From positions 1-41,621 of IMG/VR virus record IMGVR_UViG_3300032319_000930: a DNA stretch of 41,621 bases. One strand, given 5' to 3'. Source of the stretch: a virus. Taxonomy: Duplodnaviria > Caudoviricetes. The notes under the pieces are model-generated. The model was not told where the DNA came from and made no database searches. It saw nothing but the letters and a program-made list of their open reading frames with translations. Made by a program: the position numbers and the translations under genes. This document shows positions 35,266 to 41,621 of this stretch, piece by piece; within the stretch, counting starts at the first letter, position 1; every line of letters starts with the position of its first letter.

Positions 35266-36413
35266 TTCTCCACTTGGGAACGGTCGGAAGCAAAGCTGTT
35301 TGTAACTTTGAGTTTAGTTAAATTGCGATTGGCAAATGCCTCACACTCAGCTTTTGCATCGGCGTACATAAGTTGCTGCGGAGGAGTTTTCTGAGTCCAC
35401 GCACTTGGACCACGCAGAGCACCAACAATCCCCTCCTCCCGAGCAACTTTCAAGTAACGAATGGCGTCGATAACGACACCCGCAGAGTTCTCACTGTCCT
35501 GCACAGAGAGTTTGGCATCGATCTCAATGGGTGCTCCGCCAAAACCCTCCAACTCGATCTTGAAATAGGCAACTTTATTGTCCTTCAGATAAGGGATGAA
35601 AGTAGAGGGCCCGGCGAACAAAGCATCGTCGTCCACGGGAATCCCTCGGATGTCATTTTGAGCACGAATAACATTTTCTTTCGAGATCTTCTTGCTTGCT
35701 AGACGCTCTTGCGTCATCATGTTGTTGAAATCGCTGTTTCCACCAACATTCAGTTGCTGGTGGTATTTAACAACCGCACCACGATCAAAAGCCAACTCTT
35801 GCAAAACTTGGCTCATGACCGACGCTCCAACTTGGCTACGCATATCGTCACCAATGAGGGGCAATCCCGCATCAATAAACTTTTGCTCCCAAACCGGATC
35901 ACTCGCAATAAACACCGGGATGCAGTTCAAGAAAGCTACATTCGCGCTGAGGCAGGCGTTTGCGTAGAACTCTGTGGCAATCTGAGAACCTACCGGCATG
36001 TAGTTAAGCAGGATGTCAGCTTTAGTATCTCGCAATACTTGAGCAACATCGCAAGGCTCTTCGTTGGAAATACGAAAGCCAAACCGTTCCGGTTGCTCCA
36101 ACATGTGCTGTGAAACACCATCAAAAACGGGTGCCATCTGGACAGTTACACCAGGAGGAACATTCGGGCAAAACACCCTTGCACAGTTCGGAGCAGCAAA
36201 AATTGCTTCGCCAATCGGACGACCAACTTTACGACGATCCACATCAAAAGCCGCGACAAACTCAATATCCGCAGGATGGTAACCGCCAATTCGACTAAAC
36301 ATTACGCCAGGGATGTTTTCTTCTTCGTGATCTTTGTAGAAGTTTACACCCTGATAGAGGGCCGAAAAGCAATTACCAACACCAGCAACTGCAACTTTAA
36401 TTTTCTTAGACAT
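35262..36413 (-). CDS. ino1: myo-inositol-1-phosphate synthase
   Basis: GVGNC.SAL.QG, FDVD..KVG, NYMPVGS..A..FYA, N.IPVFIA, GDD..SQVGA, QLNVGGN.DF.NM...RL.SKKISK, V.DS.NSAG..IDA.R. Confidence 0.95.
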   Translation of the reverse strand: MSKKIKVAVAGVGNCFSALYQGVNFYKDHEEENIPGVMFSRIGGYHPADIEFVAAFDVDRRKVGRPIGEAIFAAPNCARVFCPNVPPGVTVQMAPVFDGVSQHMLEQPERFGFRISNEEPCDVAQVLRDTKADILLNYMPVGSQIATEFYANACLSANVAFLNCIPVFIASDPVWEQKFIDAGLPLIGDDMRSQVGASVMSQVLQELAFDRGAVVKYHQQLNVGGNSDFNNMMTQERLASKKISKENVIRAQNDIRGIPVDDDALFAGPSTFIPYLKDNKVAYFKIELEGFGGAPIEIDAKLSVQDSENSAGVVIDAIRYLKVAREEGIVGALRGPSAWTQKTPPQQLMYADAKAECEAFANRNLTKLKVTNSFASDRSQVEK

Positions 36414-36502
36414 GGAACCTCAATATTTCAGTTTAGATAAGGGTCATTGGTCGAGGAACGTAGGACCCTGGTACTATTATACCCAATAGTTGAGTTTGTA
36501 AA

Positions 36503-37735
36503 CTACGTGTTGATGTAGGAGAAATCTACATAAGGCTTTTCCCAAGCCTCATGTTTTTTGTCTTTGAATCGCAGAAAATTAACGGGATTGTACTTCTTAA
36601 CAAGAGAGTTTCTCTTCCTCGCAGTAAAAGCATCCTCCCAGATATCTAGCATGTCTCGATGACCCTGAGGAGCAACTTTTTTAAGGTTCAAGACTTTATA
36701 AGCATCGGGCTCGTCAGTGTACAAATAATGAGTGTTTAGGTTAAACCCGTGTTCCACAAGAATAGTGAAGTAAGAGGGGTCGTAACCATAGTTGCGAACG
36801 TTTTGCCCTTTCGTCATAAACCCGGAAACGTATGGCACCCAATCGACAATGCCAGGTCCTTCATAATTTTCCCAAACTGTTTTCAAAGCCGTAAACTGCT
36901 CTACCAACTCATTGCTGGTCCAAAAAGTGAACTCTTTAATTCGTGGGCCATAGGCGGTTTTACGGTACTCACATTCGACCGACTCAACGTTGTAAATGTC
37001 AACGTGAAACGGCACTCGTTTATTAACTTCTTCCATTAAAACAAATGTCTTCTCCTGCATCAGCTCAATATTTGTTTTGGTCGGCTCGTATTTTAAAACT
37101 TTCCCGTCCGGTTGTTTTTGTTTGCGAGCAATGTCCAAACGATCAAATAAATAACAAATAGAATCGTATTGCGACCAAGTACCTTCGTCGTATAGTTGTT
37201 GATCCCAATAGTCAATATCCCAGTTAAAAAGCTCGTAGAAAGTTTGTTGAGCGAGCCACGCGGTCATACGCCCGATACCTCGTATTTTTCGAAGAGCTTG
37301 GTTTAGTGAGTAGTAGTTTTCTTTTGTAGACCCAACATGCGCAGCAGCATAAAAATAATCATAAATGCTTGATGGTCCAACAAGCTCTTTTAGAGACTGA
37401 ACAAAATCAGGGAAACGTCGAACTCCCCATTTAGTATCGTTACCATATTTCATCCTCCACCAGTTTGCATTGTGCCAGTCAACCAGTTGATCGTGAGGCA
37501 TATTGTACAAGTCCAACTGAAGGGCAATCATGGCCCAGTGGTTACGGTAACTCTGCCCAAAAAGTACACAATAAAGAGCTTTGTCCTCATCGGAAAGCTC
37601 CATCATGTCCGCAATCACTCTAGCCACGTGATGGTGATCACAATCGCCTTCTACCATTCGCACATGTGTAACGCGAGCGAACGCCTCAATTCTATTTTCT
37701 GGCAACCGCCAGTCGGTGTGTACGGTGGTAATCAT
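36503..37735 (-). CDS. alpha-glutamyl/putrescinyl-thymine pyrophosphorylase-like (amino acid:DNA transferase, HhH-glycosylase fold)
   Basis: HhH-like IRGIGRMTAW and C-terminal VESVECEYRK. Sits next to TET/JBP and kinase genes. Confidence 0.7.
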   Translation of the reverse strand: MITTVHTDWRLPENRIEAFARVTHVRMVEGDCDHHHVARVIADMMELSDEDKALYCVLFGQSYRNHWAMIALQLDLYNMPHDQLVDWHNANWWRMKYGNDTKWGVRRFPDFVQSLKELVGPSSIYDYFYAAAHVGSTKENYYSLNQALRKIRGIGRMTAWLAQQTFYELFNWDIDYWDQQLYDEGTWSQYDSICYLFDRLDIARKQKQPDGKVLKYEPTKTNIELMQEKTFVLMEEVNKRVPFHVDIYNVESVECEYRKTAYGPRIKEFTFWTSNELVEQFTALKTVWENYEGPGIVDWVPYVSGFMTKGQNVRNYGYDPSYFTILVEHGFNLNTHYLYTDEPDAYKVLNLKKVAPQGHRDMLDIWEDAFTARKRNSLVKKYNPVNFLRFKDKKHEAWEKPYVDFSYINT

Positions 37736-37795
37736 GCGAGTAAAGTCAGAGTGGTTGATGTTTGCGTCGTAAAGAAAAAGCTGAGCCGTAAAGGA

Positions 37796-39208
37796 TTAAG
37801 AGTGTTTCAGGTGCGGGCTACGCACTTCGACGGGTATCTGATCCGGATCACCCTTCAAGTTGCTGTTAGTGCATTCTTTTTCGTAGTTGTACCCCCCCTC
37901 CTCGGTTCGTAAACGTTTGTAGTTTTCCCAATAAGTGGAACCCCACATTCCCGGGAAGCTTCCTGCCCACTTTTTCTCTCCGGTGCCCAGCTCCGGATGG
38001 TTGATGACTGCGTAGTCCAAGAACTCCCGACGACAAATCTCGCATCTCAAGGAGTCTAACTTGATGATGTTATCTCGTTGGTAAAACACAAGCCAGACAC
38101 TCTCGAAGTCTGAAGAGGTGTTTTTAAAGGGCATCATACCGTGCATGAGCCCTTGATTATCACCGCCCAAGAAGTCACCGTGCCGAAGATTAAAAGCTAA
38201 ACGCAACTGGGGGAACACAAACTCGCTACCCTCGTAGGTTCCTTTCTCTAAGACAGTTAGTGCAGCAGCAGCATTTTTTGCGTTATTGCCGTCGTAATGG
38301 TACGCCACCTGAAAGTTCCAGTTGGTGGTGATACTGGTAAAACAAGTACCAAACAGGTTGTATGACTCATCTTTCACTTCCTTGAACCTTTTTGAGAGCA
38401 CTTTCCAAGTGTTTGGCATGGTCTCTTTAAGCAAACCATCAATTTCCCGGAACAGAGGCAATTGCTCACAGAAATCTTCGTAGCGGTCCATTGTAGGTTT
38501 AGTAAGGCGGCCAAATGGTGTGCGACCACTTCTGTCAATGGTGCCAAGTACTACGCTGTAAGCTTTATTTCCGCGCGGTTGCGTAGTCACATACCGCTTC
38601 TTAGCATCTTTAGCAGCTTGTTTTCGATTTGCCGATTTGACCCAAGTAGTCATCAGCCATTTGTCAAACCACGCAAGTTTCGCAGCATTCCGTTTGCTAA
38701 TGGCCTCTTCACGAAGAGGTGAAGACGTGCTCTTTTTACGAACCAGGCTATCCCATTTCTCAATTTCGTCGAGGTCAACTAAACCATCACTTTCCGTTTT
38801 GTGCACATAGAAAGTTTCACGAGAAGGAGTTTTATCAGTTGTTAGCTCTTGTGCCTCACTCAGAGTAAGTTCTCGTTTGACTGCTGCGGCGAAAAATTTT
38901 TTCTGACCCTCGGTAAGGCGAATCTCAACATTAGTAACCAGCTCACGACCGGCGGCGGCCCCTCTTTGATCGCTCAGCAAAGAACGACTTGCCCAGCGCC
39001 AGTACTTAAAAGTGGGACTGCTCGACTCAACATCGCGAAGAGTTTTCAGAGCCTGCTTGCGAAAAGTTAGCCCCAGAGTGCCGTCTGGCAGGTAAACATC
39101 GCAGTCCTCGTCTATAACTTCGTCAAAATCTCTCTCTGTCGGATAGATTCCCAAGAACTCTTTATCCGATATTTCGTGAAGTTTCTCAAGCTTGATGATG
39201 CGCACCAT
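37796..39208 (-). CDS. TET/JBP-family Fe(II) dioxygenase (atypical)
   Basis: DEDCDVY.P...FRK, RGAAAG, GT.FTSITTN.NF...HYD, G.Y.G...FP....N.R.GD, HG, LVFYQR. Likely start MVRII at 39208. Confidence 0.85.
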   Translation of the reverse strand: MVRIIKLEKLHEISDKEFLGIYPTERDFDEVIDEDCDVYLPDGTLGLTFRKQALKTLRDVESSSPTFKYWRWASRSLLSDQRGAAAGRELVTNVEIRLTEGQKKFFAAAVKRELTLSEAQELTTDKTPSRETFYVHKTESDGLVDLDEIEKWDSLVRKKSTSSPLREEAISKRNAAKLAWFDKWLMTTWVKSANRKQAAKDAKKRYVTTQPRGNKAYSVVLGTIDRSGRTPFGRLTKPTMDRYEDFCEQLPLFREIDGLLKETMPNTWKVLSKRFKEVKDESYNLFGTCFTSITTNWNFQVAYHYDGNNAKNAAAALTVLEKGTYEGSEFVFPQLRLAFNLRHGDFLGGDNQGLMHGMMPFKNTSSDFESVWLVFYQRDNIIKLDSLRCEICRREFLDYAVINHPELGTGEKKWAGSFPGMWGSTYWENYKRLRTEEGGYNYEKECTNSNLKGDPDQIPVEVRSPHLKHS

Positions 39209-39330
39209 GGTTTTAGTTGTCGTTGTGCAAGTTATACCCATTTTTAGTATAGCAAAAAGCCGCCCCCGTAAAGCGAGCGGCGTCTTCTGTTTGGCTAACG
39301 CCAAACGGTCGCGGCTTCGCCGCTTCCCGC

Positions 39331-39588
39331 TCATTTCGGAGGCAAACTCTGAATGTTTTCAATCAGAATGTCCACCATGTCTACCGTGCAGTAACGCAGC
39401 ACGTCGTTGGTGATTGCGGTGTCGAATGTGAGCCGGGCTCTTTTACCTTTCTCATGTTTCATCACAGCTACCTCGTAATGCACCTCGTCGGCCTCAGGTA
39501 TTACACTGACCCCGAAACCATTGTCAAATAAAGCCTCGTGGCGAAATCCGCGAGAGTGCGGATGAACGTTTAAATCGGATAGTTTCAT
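39331..39588 (-). CDS. conserved phage hypothetical protein
   Basis: F.NG.G.SV, YEVAV, T.IT.DV..Y motif set. Confidence 0.7.
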   Translation of the reverse strand: MKLSDLNVHPHSRGFRHEALFDNGFGVSVIPEADEVHYEVAVMKHEKGKRARLTFDTAITNDVLRYCTVDMVDILIENIQSLPPK

Positions 39589-39596
39589 TGTGTTAA

Positions 39597-40013
39597 TCAA
39601 TAAGAGCAACGAAAATAGTGGTCCCCAACGCGATCAACGTCATGCTGAATCAAATACGCTGCCGTCTCTTCCCAATCAATGGAGATGCGATAATCAAGGC
39701 GGTCGGTTTCTCCGTCGAAGTAATCCTGAGCCATACGATAGGGACTGTCGTATTCGCCGATATACGCATCAGCAAAATACGCCAAATCATACAAATCATT
39801 CAGTTTGATAAAAGCATCGACAGCTTCGTAACCGTTTTCCTCGCCGAGTTCAACATACTCATCGTAATACTTAACAAAATCCTCTTCGAAATGTTCGTCG
39901 ATAAACTCCAACATGCGACCGAGGTCATATTGGCTCTCAACGAAACCATCGATTTTTTCAAGAGTTTCCGCAGAGAAAATCTCACGGTAGTTGGCTGTGA
40001 AGGTGACAGGCAT
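39597..40013 (-). CDS. ArdA-like acidic antirestriction protein (DNA mimic)
   Basis: Very acidic. DAYIGEYDS...A..Y, IDWE..A..L...D, YFR match the ArdA C-terminal pattern. Confidence 0.65.
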   Translation of the reverse strand: MPVTFTANYREIFSAETLEKIDGFVESQYDLGRMLEFIDEHFEEDFVKYYDEYVELGEENGYEAVDAFIKLNDLYDLAYFADAYIGEYDSPYRMAQDYFDGETDRLDYRISIDWEETAAYLIQHDVDRVGDHYFRCSY

Positions 40014-40032
40014 TCAGGCTTGATGAGCGACT

Positions 40033-40107
40033 TATGAACTAAGTATAGCGCGTTTTCGCCTCAAGCGAAAGGGGGCGAACCGCCCTCATAGGTAGGGGAA
40101 ACCGCCC
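40033..40107 (-). promoter_or_regulatory. promoter repeat 18 (type A variant, leadered)
   Basis: TATACT with GGGCGGTT direct repeats. ATA at +1 and ATG ~22 nt downstream. Confidence 0.7.
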
Positions 40108-40691
40108 TACAGGTTATCCCATTCGTCCGAATACCTTTCGACCCTCCAGCCTTTACAAGTTCTGCCTGGTTTGCTCACCGCCCTCCACATATTTCGCATA
40201 TCCAAGTTATTTTCACGACAAAACTTACGTAAGTTGGTAATCTTGAAACTCTCTCCAGTTGCAACATTGTGAACAATCCAATCCATCATGCTCGGATGGG
40301 CATTTTGTTCAAATCTGGCTTTTAACGCTCTGCGACTGCTTTCCTTTCGTTTTTCAATCAAGGCGGGGTCGTGAATCCCGATGCCCTGCTCTTTCTGCAT
40401 CAATCCGTGCTCTCGGGCACCTTCTCGAGATGGCGCTAATCGTTTATGTTTCCGAACCTGCTGAAAAAGTTTCCTCGCCTTCCGCTCAAGCAGAGTTCGG
40501 TAACTGCCCACCCTACCTTTTTCTTTACGCCAGAGTTTAGCCAGGTCCACAAACTTTTCTTTATCTTCTCGTCGCGTCGAAACCCCCCACTTTAAATACT
40601 GCAAACAAAACTGTTTGCGCAGCGACAACTCGCTCGGCTCTCCGAGTTTTGCCGAGAGTTTGAGATAAGTTGCTCCGATTGAACGTTTCAT
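40107..40691 (-). CDS. basic protein with a homing-endonuclease-type (NUMOD1-like) DNA-binding C-terminus
   Basis: GIGIH and TGE..ITNLRKFCRENNL...M.......KGW. No HNH or GIY-YIG motif seen. Confidence 0.55.
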   Translation of the reverse strand: MKRSIGATYLKLSAKLGEPSELSLRKQFCLQYLKWGVSTRREDKEKFVDLAKLWRKEKGRVGSYRTLLERKARKLFQQVRKHKRLAPSREGAREHGLMQKEQGIGIHDPALIEKRKESSRRALKARFEQNAHPSMMDWIVHNVATGESFKITNLRKFCRENNLDMRNMWRAVSKPGRTCKGWRVERYSDEWDNL

Positions 40692-40948
40692 TTGATGAAT
40701 AAACCCAACAAATTAATCACAAAAAAGAAAGCCGTAATAAATAGCGAGTCCCACAGTTTTAGGCGAAGGTTAAGCGGAATGCCGAGCAAACCGCTCAGAG
40801 TGAGCACAATCAGACCGACTTCACGAGAAACAAATAACAACAGACACTGGCCCGTCATCAGGCCAATGTTTTGGAGTAAAATGCAAGCCCGAATTTTTCG
40901 GGGCAACTGATTACTGCCACGTGAATCAGCAGCTAGACCCTGAGACAT
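40688..40948 (-). CDS. small membrane protein
   Basis: Two to three hydrophobic segments. Start uncertain. Confidence 0.5.
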   Translation of the reverse strand: MSQGLAADSRGSNQLPRKIRACILLQNIGLMTGQCLLLFVSREVGLIVLTLSGLLGIPLNLRLKLWDSLFITAFFFVINLLGLFIK

Positions 40949-41621
40949 CTTTTTGACACCCGAGGGTTTCCATAATTTTGGTTTTACGCTTGAGTAATTG
41001 GCGAAACTCCAAGCTCTCGAACAACGCTTCAACGTGCGCCGAAACGGGGGACGAGGAGGCAAACCACCTAAGGTCAGGTAGATCATTTTCAAGTGTGACT
41101 AGGCGTAGATTTGCAAGGAAGGTGCCGGCTTGCTCTCGGACTTTAGGGTGGCTGACAATGCGGTCTGCGGTGCTGAAGAAAGGTTTTTCGCCGGAGTCAT
41201 CAACGATCGGTCGGCAGGACTCGATAATTTGAACGGCAGTTTTGGGACCCACTTTCGGAATACCCGCAACGTTATCACTGCTGTCGCCAGCAAGTGCTTT
41301 GAAGTATTTTACCTCGGCAGGAAAAACACCGAACTGTTTAATCACTCCGTCAATGTCAACCAACTCCATTTTCTTAGAGGAGTTAAACAGAAGCACTTTG
41401 ACGCGATTGGTTACAAGTTGCAACAAATCTTTATCGCACGTCAAGATGTGAATCTCTTCGTAGGCAGGAGAATGCCGAGAGATATGTGCAATCACATCAT
41501 CGGCTTCGTAACCAGGTGCGCGAACCACACTCATTCCGAGCACCGGAAGAACTTCGTCTAGCAGCAAACTTTGGTCAGCATAGTGAGCGATGTCGGCACT
41601 GGTTCGGTTCGCTTTGTATTC
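40926..41621 (-). CDS. 5'-3' exonuclease / flap endonuclease (Pol I N-terminal-like), 5' truncated by the window
   Basis: YKANR, GYEADDVIA, T.DKDLLQL, L.GD.SDN..G.P.VGPKTA. Confidence 0.92.
   Translation of the reverse strand, partial: EYKANRTSADIAHYADQSLLLDEVLPVLGMSVVRAPGYEADDVIAHISRHSPAYEEIHILTCDKDLLQLVTNRVKVLLFNSSKKMELVDIDGVIKQFGVFPAEVKYFKALAGDSSDNVAGIPKVGPKTAVQIIESCRPIVDDSGEKPFFSTADRIVSHPKVREQAGTFLANLRLVTLENDLPDLRWFASSSPVSAHVEALFESLEFRQLLKRKTKIMETLGCQKDVSGSSC

Noticed and set aside
1-41621. tRNA, rRNA, intron, intein, integrase or transposase
   Set aside because: None recognised by eye. Polymerase and GyrA motifs are colinear without large insertions. A tRNAscan/Infernal run is needed to be certain.

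Overview
A 41.6-kb slice of a large contractile-tailed (myovirus-like) phage, probably infecting a cyanobacterium (inferred). All credible genes are on the minus strand. Reading in the direction of transcription: (i) a 5'-3' exonuclease and an ArdA-like gene; (ii) a DNA-hypermodification cluster (TET/JBP-like dioxygenase, aGPT-Pplase/amino-acid:DNA-transferase-like protein, myo-inositol-1-phosphate synthase, HAD phosphatase, GT-A glycosyltransferase-like protein, P-loop kinase); (iii) a ~9.5-kb array of small genes punctuated by a ~75-bp repeat (18 copies in the window), each a sigma70-type promoter that mostly starts directly on an ATG (leaderless), nearly always preceded by one of two symmetric elements; (iv) an AT-rich non-coding block; (v) GyrA/ParC, a GH18 chitinase-like protein and a mitochondrial Pol-gamma-like family A polymerase; (vi) a Mu-like head/tail module (frameshifted tail chaperone, very large sheath, portal, 920-aa protease-scaffold, major capsid protein). 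The best candidates for new biology are a possible inositol-based DNA modification pathway whose TET enzyme lacks the usual 2-oxoglutarate arginine, and the modular promoter-cassette array. All family assignments come from motif recognition by eye, not from database searches.
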